Below are positions 30,266 to 39,840 of a stretch of 64,000 bases of DNA, in pieces. The translations under genes and the position numbers were made by a program. This DNA comes from Gammaproteobacteria bacterium (GTDB taxonomy: Bacteria; Pseudomonadota; Gammaproteobacteria; Pseudomonadales; Azotimanducaceae). Where the stretch lies: assembly GCA_002690865.1 (NCBI GenBank), contig NZGG01000009.1:20725-84724 (forward strand), read 5' to 3'. The notes under the pieces were generated by a model, which saw nothing but the letters and a program-made list of their open reading frames with translations, made no database searches and was not told the DNA's origin. Position 1 is the stretch's first letter, and the number at the start of each line of letters is the position of its first letter.

Positions 30266-32509
30266 CTACTGGCTCCCCATTAGTTCTTCGAGCAACGTAT
30301 TCTGGTTAACAACATCTTCACCTACTGCTTCAATAACAACTCTAGAGATATGACCCGTGAAAACATTCGGAGACTCGTAGATATCGTCAACTGGTGTCTG
30401 ACTGTCTCGTCCCACCTCAAATGGCTCGTTCGCAAAGTTTAGTTGGCGAAATGGTGAAAGAAGCCCTTCCCCTGCCATGTCATCATTTACAAAAAAACGA
30501 GCGTGTCCTTCGTTCTCTCCAGTCTTCACCACATCAATACGAAGTGTCACATCACCAACAGGAATCTCTGCATTCGATCCTATCTGGCAGCGATGCTGAA
30601 ATTCATTGTTTGTATAGTGCAGATGATTACCATGGATGAAAACGCTCCAGCCTCCAAATTGGCCGCCATCCGACACGATGACACCTTCCACGGCAGTTGA
30701 TGCGCGATTAATGAACGCTGTAATACGATGTGACATACCACGGACCCGCGGACCCGCTTTAAAGTGGTGGGGTAGCACCGCGTCTTGATATAACACCCAG
30801 CGGTCTTTAGATTCAGGCCACCAGCCCACGCCATTTTTACCGCCCATATCATCCAGCGGCAATACGCCGTATTGTTCCGCCTCTTGCCACCAGAGTTCGA
30901 TCATTTGCTTTAGCTTCGTCGGGTGCTTGCCGGCAAGGTTGTCAATCTCGGCCATGTCCTCGTCTAGATTATAGAGTTCCCACTTATCTGACTCGAACTT
31001 GTCCCCCCGAGAATGGAATGTTACCGCCTTCCACCCTTCATACCAGATCGCCCGATGACCAGCGGTCTCGAAATACTGAACCTTCTTACGAGTATCTAAA
31101 CCATTACGCTTAAGTGTATGAGCCATAGAGGTTCCATGTAACGGCATCTGTTCTACTCCGTTTACCTCCTGGGGAATCTCCAGCCCTAGCAAATCCAGCA
31201 GTGTTGGCATCACATCTACGACATGATAAAACTGCCGACGAGTTTCTCCTTTAGCTTTGATGCCATCTGGCCAACGAATTAATAGTGGAGCTCGGACCCC
31301 CCCAGCATAGGTATTTCCTTTATATCGTTTAAATGGGGTGTTACCCGCCATAGCCCAGCCGGAAGGATATATGTTGTAGCTCATCGGTCCACCCAGTTCA
31401 TCCAGATGAGCCAGATTCTCTTCAAGACTCGGATGATTACCAGTACGAGAGCGCATATGGTCGTAGCTTCCGTGAGCGCCACCCAAGGCATCGGCGCCAT
31501 TATCAGACATCGCTATCACTATAGTATCGTCACGCTTACCCAGCGCATCCAGTTGCGCCAATAAACGTGCAATCTGCTGATCACAGTGTTCCATGAATCC
31601 GGCGAATATTTCCTCGAATCTAGCCGCAACCTTTTGCTCCTCTGGACTTAGTTGATCCCAAACCTGCACACCAGTATTGCGTGGTGCGAGCTGCTGACTA
31701 GCAGGCAATAGCCCTAATGCTTTTTGCCGAGAAAGGATTTTCGTGCGCGCTGCATCCCAACCATCATCAAAAATACCCTTGTACTTATCTGCAAACATAC
31801 GTGGTACATGGTGAGGTGTATGGCCTGCCCCAAAGGCTGTGTAAAGAAAAAAAGGTTTGTCGGGCGCCGCAGACGCAAGTTGACGTAGCCACTTACAAGA
31901 CTGATCAATGATACCCTCAGATAGGTGATAATCATCAATCGGCGGCTGTTCAATACGCTCATTACCCATTATAAGTTCTGGATTCCACTGGTTGGTCTCA
32001 CCAGCGAGGAAGCCATAAAAACGATCAAAGCCACGCTGTAGCGGCCAGTGATCGTAGGGGCCCGCAGGACTGGTATCATCGCAGGAGTTCAGGTGCCACT
32101 TACCAGAAGCAAGGGTCTGATAGCCTTGTGGTCGCAGTATCTCCGCAAGATTAGCAGCATTTCTTGCAGCAAAGCCTCGAGTATTTGGAAATCCATTGGA
32201 CTGTTCAACGACGCGACCCACGCCGATACTATGATGGTTTCGACCAGTTAGCAGACAGGCGCGAGTAGGGGAACACAATGGTGTTACATGAAAATTGGCA
32301 TATCGGAGACCGTCGTCGGCCAAACTATCAAGCGCTGGTGTTTTTATATCTGAACCATAACAACCAAGCTGTGAGTAGCCAACATCGTCCAGTAAAATCA
32401 TGACGATATTGGGGGAACGTGAAAGCTTGCTGGGTCTTTTTACCCAAGATACCGATGAGTCGCGAAGGGTACGCCCAATGTCACCATCAAAACCTTTGTC
32501 GTGTTCCAT
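30266..32509 (-). CDS. Cys-type (formylglycine) arylsulfatase-family sulfatase, 747 aa, with no signal peptide
   Basis: N-terminal sulfatase domain NIVMILLDDVGY...TPLCSPTRACLLTGRNHH (CxPxR at 32261-32275). Followed by about 250 extra C-terminal residues. Visibly GC-richer than its neighbours. Confidence 0.9.
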   Translation of the reverse strand: MEHDKGFDGDIGRTLRDSSVSWVKRPSKLSRSPNIVMILLDDVGYSQLGCYGSDIKTPALDSLADDGLRYANFHVTPLCSPTRACLLTGRNHHSIGVGRVVEQSNGFPNTRGFAARNAANLAEILRPQGYQTLASGKWHLNSCDDTSPAGPYDHWPLQRGFDRFYGFLAGETNQWNPELIMGNERIEQPPIDDYHLSEGIIDQSCKWLRQLASAAPDKPFFLYTAFGAGHTPHHVPRMFADKYKGIFDDGWDAARTKILSRQKALGLLPASQQLAPRNTGVQVWDQLSPEEQKVAARFEEIFAGFMEHCDQQIARLLAQLDALGKRDDTIVIAMSDNGADALGGAHGSYDHMRSRTGNHPSLEENLAHLDELGGPMSYNIYPSGWAMAGNTPFKRYKGNTYAGGVRAPLLIRWPDGIKAKGETRRQFYHVVDVMPTLLDLLGLEIPQEVNGVEQMPLHGTSMAHTLKRNGLDTRKKVQYFETAGHRAIWYEGWKAVTFHSRGDKFESDKWELYNLDEDMAEIDNLAGKHPTKLKQMIELWWQEAEQYGVLPLDDMGGKNGVGWWPESKDRWVLYQDAVLPHHFKAGPRVRGMSHRITAFINRASTAVEGVIVSDGGQFGGWSVFIHGNHLHYTNNEFQHRCQIGSNAEIPVGDVTLRIDVVKTGENEGHARFFVNDDMAGEGLLSPFRQLNFANEPFEVGRDSQTPVDDIYESPNVFTGHISRVVIEAVGEDVVNQNTLLEELMGSQ

Positions 32510-32820
32510 TTTATAACCATTTTATTTTAACTGTTATTACAGCCTTGTTTACATAGAAAACCATAGCTTTTCAGTGCAAGCAATAAGAAAAAACACTATA
32601 TTTTGCATTAGACATGACTTGATTACTTCTATAGGAAATAATGTGCTCAAACTGAAATTTAAACAGAACTAACAAAGGGTCAAATCACATTCTCCCATAA
32701 AAAGACTTTCACTCTTGGCGAGAGGGGGAAGTAGAAGCAGAAGTAGAAGACAAAATTCCACAAACATAACGGAATGTATACACCATAGCTAATTCAGAAT
32801 TATTAGAAACCTACTACAAA

Positions 32821-33420
32821 ATGATTAGCGAGAAACTTCTCGATAAATTCTCAATGGGTTACCTAAAAGAAACAGATACCGGTATATTCATACCCTCATC
32901 ACTTGACATAATTAGACAAGCATTCATTCACCTGCTATCCAAAGATATTATTGATCTTGATAAACCTTTTCTTGATGCTGGATGTGGTGATGGCAGAATT
33001 GTCGCTCTTGCCTCATCTATGGGAATAGCCTCTTGGGGAATCGAATCCGATGAAGAGCTAACTGCCTTAGCTAAACATAATCTTATTAACCTAAGAGCAC
33101 TTGGAGTAATTAAAGAAACAACTGCGATGATACATCGTGGAAATTTTTGTGATAATAAAACCTATCAAGATATGAATATTGAATTTACTGATTTTGGTAC
33201 GATCTACAATTACGATAATAATCATGAGAACTTGGCAAAAAAAATTGCCAAAGATGCTAAGCCGAAAACTATTTATCTACTATACTCCGGAGATGAAGTT
33301 AAAGAAGACTTCAGCGGGCTGATTTTTTTGCACGAATTAGCTCTGGCAAATAGATTCAAAGACGCCAGCATCGGTCTTGAAGTACCTCAAGGATTTGTCC
33401 GCGTTTATATAAAGGGATAA
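32821..33420 (+). CDS. class I SAM-dependent methyltransferase-like protein (substrate unknown)
   Basis: 199 aa. Motif I FLDAGCGDGRIV and an acidic post-I residue (WGIESDEE). Very AT-rich. No further family assignment is possible by eye. Confidence 0.6.
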   Translation: MISEKLLDKFSMGYLKETDTGIFIPSSLDIIRQAFIHLLSKDIIDLDKPFLDAGCGDGRIVALASSMGIASWGIESDEELTALAKHNLINLRALGVIKETTAMIHRGNFCDNKTYQDMNIEFTDFGTIYNYDNNHENLAKKIAKDAKPKTIYLLYSGDEVKEDFSGLIFLHELALANRFKDASIGLEVPQGFVRVYIKG

Positions 33421-33492
33421 TGAACACACTACAAACTCCAAGAGCACTTGATTTAGTACCGCTGAAGAGGCAGCCTTACTTTAACCAAAAAA

Positions 33493-33867
33493 ATGAGTAA
33501 ACATATGAAAATTCTTTTTGCATTACTATGCCTATTAGCACCGATATCACTGGTCGCTGAGTCCACTAGTGGGACAGTCGAAAGCATCTCTGAGGAGTAT
33601 GGAAATCTGGAAACATCGATAACTCTCGATGATATTAATTCCCTTGGTATACAAACTAGCGACCAATTGTTAGTGATGTACGGAGATCAAAAAATAACCA
33701 CATATTTTGGTAAAACCTATGAAGACGTTGCCTCAGGAGAGTGGATTTCGTTTATCAACTGGGAAAATAAATTACGGATTGCTCGAAACCATAAAAATGC
33801 AGCGAAGGCGTTGAGCGCTAAAATTGGGGATAAATTGACAATTTCAAAAATCAGCAATCACAACTAG
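33493..33867 (+). CDS. small secreted protein resembling the C-terminal beta-barrel domain of SAM hydroxide adenosyltransferase / DUF62 enzymes
   Basis: 124 aa. Sec signal peptide MSKHMKILFALLCLLAPISLVA|E. The mature part, ...LLVMYGDQKITTYFGKTYEDVASGEWISFINWENKLRIARNHKNAAKALSAKIGDKLTIS, follows the pattern I recall for the DUF62 C-terminal domain (...tf.dv..Ge.l.li.s.g.leiA.n.gsAa..l....Gd.v.i). Confidence 0.5.
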   Translation: MSKHMKILFALLCLLAPISLVAESTSGTVESISEEYGNLETSITLDDINSLGIQTSDQLLVMYGDQKITTYFGKTYEDVASGEWISFINWENKLRIARNHKNAAKALSAKIGDKLTISKISNHN

Positions 33868-33876
33868 TGGAAGACT

Positions 33877-34890
33877 ATGGAAGTTAGCTTGGTCACTAAA
33901 CCAAACCTAGGAGTAATACTTCTTAATCTGGGCACACCAGACGAACCAAGCGCACGAGCGATTCGCCGTTATTTAGCCGAATTTCTCTCAGACCCCAGAG
34001 TAGTCGATCTTCCGCGGTGGATTTGGCTCCCCGTGCTATATTTAATCATTCTAAATGTACGACCATCGAAACTGGTCGAGAAATACCAATCTATTTGGGG
34101 TGAGAAAGAAGCACCACTGCGAGAATTTTCTGAAGCACTTGCAAAATTATCTGAGAGAGAAATACAAAACTCTCTGAACTCTGAAGAAATTATCGTTAGA
34201 TCTGCAATGACATATGGATCCCCTAATATTAAAGACGCTATTCTTGATGTCGAAGAACTGGGAGTAAAACGCTTTTTATTTGTGCCTCTTTTCCCTCAAT
34301 ATTCAAGTGCAACAGTGGGCGCTTGCTTTGATAAAGTAGCGAGAGCTTTCAAGGATAGAGTAACCATTCCTCCATCCAGATTTCTATCAGGCTATCACAA
34401 TAAAAATCACTATATAAAAGCTTTATGTAACTCTATAAGGAAATACAAGAAAGATGAGGATAAACAAACTGTTTTATTATTCTCTTTCCACGGGATTCCT
34501 CAATCGCAAGCATCTCGTGGAGACCCCTATCAGTCACAATGCGAAAACACGGCCATGCTTGTAGCCACTAGACTTGGACTCGAAAACCACGAATGGCGTC
34601 TTACGTTTCAATCCCGATTCGGACCAGCTCCCTGGCTAAAGCCATATACCGATGAAACACTAGCGAATCTCCCAAAGGAGGGTATCGTCAAAGTCTTAGT
34701 TGTATGCCCCGGCTTCGCAACTGACTGTCTAGAAACTCTGGAAGAGATATGCATTGAGAACAAGCAAATATTCCTTGAGGCGGGAGGAGAAACATTCCAA
34801 TATGTGCCTGCGCTAAACGCCTCACAAGATCATGTAGATCTAATCACAGATATAGTGCTAACACACCTCTACCCAATGGAAAAAACTTAA
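33877..34890 (+). CDS. hemH: ferrochelatase
   Basis: 337 aa with GVILLNLGTPDEP, YLAEFLSDPRVVD, FPQYSSAT and FSFHGIP. Confidence 0.95.
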   Translation: MEVSLVTKPNLGVILLNLGTPDEPSARAIRRYLAEFLSDPRVVDLPRWIWLPVLYLIILNVRPSKLVEKYQSIWGEKEAPLREFSEALAKLSEREIQNSLNSEEIIVRSAMTYGSPNIKDAILDVEELGVKRFLFVPLFPQYSSATVGACFDKVARAFKDRVTIPPSRFLSGYHNKNHYIKALCNSIRKYKKDEDKQTVLLFSFHGIPQSQASRGDPYQSQCENTAMLVATRLGLENHEWRLTFQSRFGPAPWLKPYTDETLANLPKEGIVKVLVVCPGFATDCLETLEEICIENKQIFLEAGGETFQYVPALNASQDHVDLITDIVLTHLYPMEKT

Positions 34891-34936
34891 GAAGATTAAT
34901 TCCCTTCTGATGATAAAAAAATATGCGTTCAGTTTT

Positions 34937-35779
34937 TCACTCTTTAGTCAATTCCTTGGTAGACTCATAATCAAAAATAATCAATCCACCCTCGCCCTGA
35001 TCCATAGCAGAATGCAGTGCGAGATTCGCATACCCTAGCATTGCTTCGGGGGCTTCTCCTCGAAAATAACTTGTCATACCTCCGGTGTTAGTGGCGATAG
35101 TATCTTGTCCTTCTGTTAATTGTAATCGGCTGATCTCTCTTACAATCCGGTCAAATACCAAAACTGAATCATTCTCAGAGCTATCCGATAAGATTAAACC
35201 AAACTTATCTGCACCTAGCCGCGCAATCGTATCTACCTCACGTAAGATTTTGTTTATGACTTCCACATAAAGCTTAAGTGCCTCGTTTCCCTGCGATAAC
35301 CCTTGTTTATTAAGGATATAATCAAATTGATCATAGCGAAGGATAAGCAACGTAAAGACATACCCTCCTCTTTCACTCATTGCAATAGACTCTGACAAGA
35401 CATCAAGAAAGTATCTTTCATTATAGCAACCTGTTAGGTTATCTAAATGGGCTAATGAGGACAGCTTTGTCCTCATCGTTACTAGTTCCCGATCCCTATA
35501 TAGCGTTTCAAGATTGCCTTCCTCGACTTCCCGCGATAGAGACTTTAGTGCCGAAAAAATTATCAGATATGGCGCGATAGCTAAAATCACCATTGTCGCG
35601 GCAAGAACGAACCATTGGTAAACATCAAGGTCTCGCAGAAAAAAAAGAACAAGGCTATACACGACAACTGAGTTAGCCATTAGAAGGAGGCAACCTCTAG
35701 ATTTGTAAATCATCAAAGCAGATCTAATCAAAACCGTTGGAGCCATACTATAATCTAAAAGTGCAAATATTTCTGGCAC
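34937..35779 (-). CDS. membrane-anchored degenerate GGDEF-domain protein
   Basis: 280 aa with about 3 N-terminal TM segments. GGDEF fold from HLDNLTGCYNERYF. The active-site motif reads RLGADKF instead of RxGG(D/E)EF (35201-35242). The I-site RxxD (REVD) is retained at the canonical spacing. GTG start in the track, with an ATG 11 codons downstream. Confidence 0.8.
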   Translation of the reverse strand: MPEIFALLDYSMAPTVLIRSALMIYKSRGCLLLMANSVVVYSLVLFFLRDLDVYQWFVLAATMVILAIAPYLIIFSALKSLSREVEEGNLETLYRDRELVTMRTKLSSLAHLDNLTGCYNERYFLDVLSESIAMSERGGYVFTLLILRYDQFDYILNKQGLSQGNEALKLYVEVINKILREVDTIARLGADKFGLILSDSSENDSVLVFDRIVREISRLQLTEGQDTIATNTGGMTSYFRGEAPEAMLGYANLALHSAMDQGEGGLIIFDYESTKELTKE

Positions 35780-35973
35780 ATACTAGGCCAATCTAAATTT
35801 GTGAATACACTGATCTACGATAGCAGAACATCTATTATCGAGTAACTACAGGAATCTAAGGAACTAATATTCCACCTCGATACGTCCCTTCTGCAGGTTA
35901 AACCCTAATATCTTTAATCCCCGCTGAAAATTACCGCGTCTCTATGCATCGATTGTACTTTCGATACACTGAC

Positions 35974-36735
35974 CTAGCTATCGTGAAGATCGATAACAGA
36001 GAAAAATTGTTCAAGGACGCGAAAAGTTAAACCCCAAATAACTTGACCGTCTAATGCGTACCCAGGAAACGACTGAGAAGCACCATTTCTTTTGAACGTC
36101 TTCTCTGTAAGTGACGCTCCTTTAATCATTTGATCAAGCCCCCCCCAAAATACATCAGCGACCTCATGATTTTTATTTAGCGCAATATCCACACCACTAA
36201 GACAATATACAAAAGGGGTCACCAACATATCCTTAGAATGCCGAGGATTAACTGCGATAGTATCTAACTCCCCCATAAAATGGCCGTATTGAGACAGATC
36301 AAGACCTATCTCTTCAGATGTTTCTCGTTGAGCAGCTTCACGCAAAGATAAATCAATCGCCTCCTTATGCCCGCCCGGGAAAGCCATATCTCCTGACCAC
36401 GGATCACCCTCTCTCACAGAGCGCAGGATAAACAACGCCTCAATTTGGTTAAGTTTTTCCCTGATGACAACAGCTACAGCAGCTTGCATACTTCTTTCGA
36501 GTAATTTTGGTCTGTGAGGAGTATATTGAGCCAAAGCATATTGAATTTTTTTTAAAGACAACTTTTCAGAGATCACTGCGGTAGTAGCTCCAACAAAAAG
36601 ATATGTGTGATTAAATCTAAGGATAATTAAAACGAAACAAGTCATGAGTTTAGCAATATCAAATAAGAAGTCGATAAAAGTGCTGCACAAAAAACTAGTT
36701 CCGCCAATATAAAAGGCTTTTAACAGGTATCGCAA
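35974..36735 (-). CDS. Nudix hydrolase, CoA-pyrophosphatase-like (start uncertain)
   Basis: Nudix box GGHKEAIDLSLREAAQRETSEEIGL, preceded by ALFILRSVREGDPWSGDMAFPGG. The track start is a TTG and gives a 50-aa hydrophobic extension. The GTG at 36576 (preceded by GGAG) or the ATG at 36645 are more plausible starts. Confidence 0.8.
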   Translation of the reverse strand: MRYLLKAFYIGGTSFLCSTFIDFLFDIAKLMTCFVLIILRFNHTYLFVGATTAVISEKLSLKKIQYALAQYTPHRPKLLERSMQAAVAVVIREKLNQIEALFILRSVREGDPWSGDMAFPGGHKEAIDLSLREAAQRETSEEIGLDLSQYGHFMGELDTIAVNPRHSKDMLVTPFVYCLSGVDIALNKNHEVADVFWGGLDQMIKGASLTEKTFKRNGASQSFPGYALDGQVIWGLTFRVLEQFFSVIDLHDS

Positions 36736-36803
36736 TAATCAATGTACATTGACGAAAATAATCTGTCTCGCTATGGTAAAGCGAACCGGAGATATCGCAT
36801 CAG

Positions 36804-37025
36804 ATGACTAAACAAAACCATTATCCCTTTGAAGCCTCATTAAGACGACTTGAAGAACTGGTCGAACAAATGGAAAACGGGGAGCTTTCTTTAGAAGCCT
36901 CATTAAAAACCTTTGAGGAGGGAATCAAGCTAACAAGAGAGTGCCAGCTGGCACTAAAACAAGCAGAACAGAAAGTTTCATTACTTGTGGAGAAAAATGG
37001 AGAACAACCTTTCGAAACAGATTAA
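36804..37025 (+). CDS. xseB: exodeoxyribonuclease VII small subunit
   Basis: 73 aa. [40 protein letters not shown] is the XseB signature. xseB-ispA-dxs synteny. Confidence 0.95.
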   Translation: MTKQNHYPFEASLRRLEELVEQMENGELSLEASLKTFEEGIKLTRECQLALKQAEQKVSLLVEKNGEQPFETD

Positions 37026-37881
37026 TTTTCTGCGACAACGCTCCAACAAACAGTTAGCTCTACATATGCGCCAACTCGCAGCACCGAAATTACTTAAAGA
37101 GGCAATAGATTACAGTATCCTTGGGAGTGGTAAGCGTGTTCGACCTATACTAATTTATCTTGTCGTCAGAGCTCTAGGTGCAGAAATTAAACATGCAGAT
37201 AAGCCTGCAGCGGCCATCGAACTCATCCACAATTACTCTTTAATACATGACGATTTACCTGCTATGGATGATGATGATATGAGACGTGGTAAACTCAGTT
37301 GTCATAAAAAATTTAATGAACCTATAGCTATTCTTGCGGGAGATGCGATTCAAGCGCTCGCTTTTGAGGTGCTTGCAGAAGCCAATGAACTATCTTTATC
37401 CACCCGGATCTCGCTCATTAGAGAGTTAGCTTCTGCGATTGGTGCAAGTGGGATGATAGGAGGACAACTACTAGACCTTTCCTACGAAAAGAAAAAAATT
37501 CAATTGGCTCAACTCGAGTATATGCATAGTCTGAAAACCGGCGCACTTATAACAGCTAGCGCCAGGATGGGAGGATTAGTCGCAGGAGCAGATGCCGCAA
37601 CATTATCACTATTAACTAACTTCGGGAGCGCTTTAGGATTAATTTTTCAAATTCAGGATGATATTTTAGATTGTACCGGTAACGAAGACCAACTTGGCAA
37701 ACCAAAGGGGTCAGACGAAAAAAAAGGGAAAGCCACATATGTGACTATTCTCGGTTTACAAGAAGCAGATCGGCGACTACAAGAGCAATGTGCTCGCGCA
37801 AGCGACCTGGCTGCCGACCTAGGGCCTGATGGCAGGATTCTTCAGGAACTTACTTATTTTATCGCTACGAGAAAGCATTAA
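36997..37881 (+). CDS. ispA: farnesyl diphosphate synthase
   Basis: First DDxxD-type motif [17 protein letters not shown] and second motif [12 protein letters not shown] at 36997 overlaps the xseB 3' end by 29 nt. Confidence 0.95.
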   Translation: MENNLSKQINFLRQRSNKQLALHMRQLAAPKLLKEAIDYSILGSGKRVRPILIYLVVRALGAEIKHADKPAAAIELIHNYSLIHDDLPAMDDDDMRRGKLSCHKKFNEPIAILAGDAIQALAFEVLAEANELSLSTRISLIRELASAIGASGMIGGQLLDLSYEKKKIQLAQLEYMHSLKTGALITASARMGGLVAGADAATLSLLTNFGSALGLIFQIQDDILDCTGNEDQLGKPKGSDEKKGKATYVTILGLQEADRRLQEQCARASDLAADLGPDGRILQELTYFIATRKH

Positions 37882-37937
37882 GCCCATTGAGGGAGTAATA
37901 ATGATAAAATAGTCCACATAAGCAGAGATAAGTGGGC

Positions 37938-39827
37938 ATGTTTCAGACTATACCAACACAAAGGCCTAGTACCCCCCTACTAGATACTATTCAAAATCCC
38001 TCGGATATTAGGGACCTCGAAGAAAAATCACTCGGGCAACTCTCCACTGAATTACGACATTTTTTGATTTATATTGTGGGTCAGACTGGCGGCCATTTCG
38101 GTGCCGGTCTCGGCGTTGTTGAATTAACCCTAGCACTCCACTATGTCTTCAATACACCCGATGACCAAATCGTTTGGGATGTTGGCCACCAAGCTTATCC
38201 ACACAAGATATTGACAGGCCGTCGAGACCGAATGCACACGTTACGAAGACCAGATGGTATCGCACCATTTCCTGTTCGTGACGAAAGCCAATATGATACC
38301 TTTGGTGTGGGTCACTCTTCGACCTCTATCAGCGCTGCACTAGGTATAGCGATCGCCAGCAGAATGCGACACAAAGATAATCGGGCAGTTGCTGTCATTG
38401 GTGATGGTGCGATGACGGCAGGACTAGCATTCGAAGCCCTCAATCATGTCTCTGATACTGAAGCCAATTTACTAGTCATATTAAATGATAATGCTATGTC
38501 TATTTCACATAATGTTGGGGGCTTATCCAAATATTTCGCTCGTATATTAAGTAGTAGATTATACTTATCAATGCGAGAGGGTAGTAAAAAGATTCTTAGT
38601 CGAATCCCTCACGCATGGGAGTTTGCTAGAAAAACAGAAGAACATATGAAAGGAATGGTCGTCCCAGGCACATTATTCGAAGAACTAGGATTCAATTACA
38701 TAGGCCCCATAGATGGGCATGATCTCAAAAGTCTCGTTAGCACTCTTAACAATATAAAAGATCTCAAAGGCCCTCAGTTTCTCCACATCGTCACCAAGAA
38801 AGGAAAAGGTTATGGTCCTGCAGAAGCCTCACCAGTAGGATCGCATAGCCTTTCGAAAATTGAAAAGAAAGCGCCAAGACAATCTAATATGCCAACGTAC
38901 TCAAACATTTTCGGTGATTGGATATGCGATATGGCAAAGAAAGACGAGATGCTAGTTGGTATTACTCCGGCCATGTGCGAGGGATCTGACTTAATAGCAT
39001 TCTCTGAGCAGTTCCCCGAAAGATACTATGACGTTGGGATAGCGGAACAGCATGCGGTTACATTAGCTGCAGGCTTAGCTTCACAAGGGGTAAAGCCAGT
39101 AGTTGCAATTTACTCCACTTTCCTGCAGCGCGCCTATGATCAAGTTATTCACGATATTGCAATACAAAAACTGAACGTCCTCTTCGCAATCGATCGTGCA
39201 GGCCTATTGGAAGACGGACCCACGCATTCTGGTGTTTTTGATTTATCTTTTATGAGATGTATTCCGAACCTCGTAGTAATGACACCCTCAGACGAAAACG
39301 AAGCGTGGCAAATGCTTCATTGCGGATATCTCTACAATGGACCTGCTTCGGTGCGATATCCACGGGGAACTGGGCCTGGTCAAACTATACAGAAAGCCGA
39401 GGTCGAAATATCTATCGGAAAGGCAAAGGTTATAACCAAGGGAACCAGAGTGGCTATTCTTGCTTTTGGAAGCATGGTTCAGAGCGCAAAAGCGGCGACC
39501 AAAAACTTAAGTGCCAGCTTAATTGATATGAGGTTTGTTAAACCGATAGATATAGAAATAATTCTTGAAATGGCGGCCACACATAGTTTGATTGTGACAA
39601 TTGAAGAAAATGTATTAGCAGGGGGTGCTGGGTCTGCAGTAAACGAGGTTATTCAGAACCACCAGATCGACATTGAAATACTCAACCTCGGGGTGCTTGA
39701 TACTTTTATTCAACAAGATAAACCTGCAAAAATGCTTCAAGAGTGTGGTTTAGATGAAGCAGGAATACTCAAATCTATCGAAAAGCGATTAGAAGCATCA
39801 TCAATTGAAGCTGCTAACACAAATTGA
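37938..39827 (+). CDS. dxs: 1-deoxy-D-xylulose-5-phosphate synthase
   Basis: Aligns with E. coli Dxs along its whole length ([51 protein letters not shown]). ATG at 37938. A GTG two codons upstream is also possible. Confidence 0.97.
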   Translation: MFQTIPTQRPSTPLLDTIQNPSDIRDLEEKSLGQLSTELRHFLIYIVGQTGGHFGAGLGVVELTLALHYVFNTPDDQIVWDVGHQAYPHKILTGRRDRMHTLRRPDGIAPFPVRDESQYDTFGVGHSSTSISAALGIAIASRMRHKDNRAVAVIGDGAMTAGLAFEALNHVSDTEANLLVILNDNAMSISHNVGGLSKYFARILSSRLYLSMREGSKKILSRIPHAWEFARKTEEHMKGMVVPGTLFEELGFNYIGPIDGHDLKSLVSTLNNIKDLKGPQFLHIVTKKGKGYGPAEASPVGSHSLSKIEKKAPRQSNMPTYSNIFGDWICDMAKKDEMLVGITPAMCEGSDLIAFSEQFPERYYDVGIAEQHAVTLAAGLASQGVKPVVAIYSTFLQRAYDQVIHDIAIQKLNVLFAIDRAGLLEDGPTHSGVFDLSFMRCIPNLVVMTPSDENEAWQMLHCGYLYNGPASVRYPRGTGPGQTIQKAEVEISIGKAKVITKGTRVAILAFGSMVQSAKAATKNLSASLIDMRFVKPIDIEIILEMAATHSLIVTIEENVLAGGAGSAVNEVIQNHQIDIEILNLGVLDTFIQQDKPAKMLQECGLDEAGILKSIEKRLEASSIEAANTN

Positions 39828-39840
39828 TAAATAATACTGT

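Noticed and set aside
32728-32751. Tandem 12-nt repeat GAAGTAGAAGCA / GAAGTAGAAGAC in the AT-rich spacer upstream of the methyltransferase.
   Set aside because: Only two imperfect copies and no flanking structure. This is most likely a chance or slippage duplication, not a CRISPR or iteron array.
30128-36803. Looked for an integrase or transposase and a direct repeat of the ssrA 3' end that would delimit a classical tmRNA-site genomic island.
   Set aside because: No such gene appears in the ORF set, and no repeat of CCCGCCACCTCCACCA is visible in the spacers. I therefore report only a compositional mosaic, not a mobile element.
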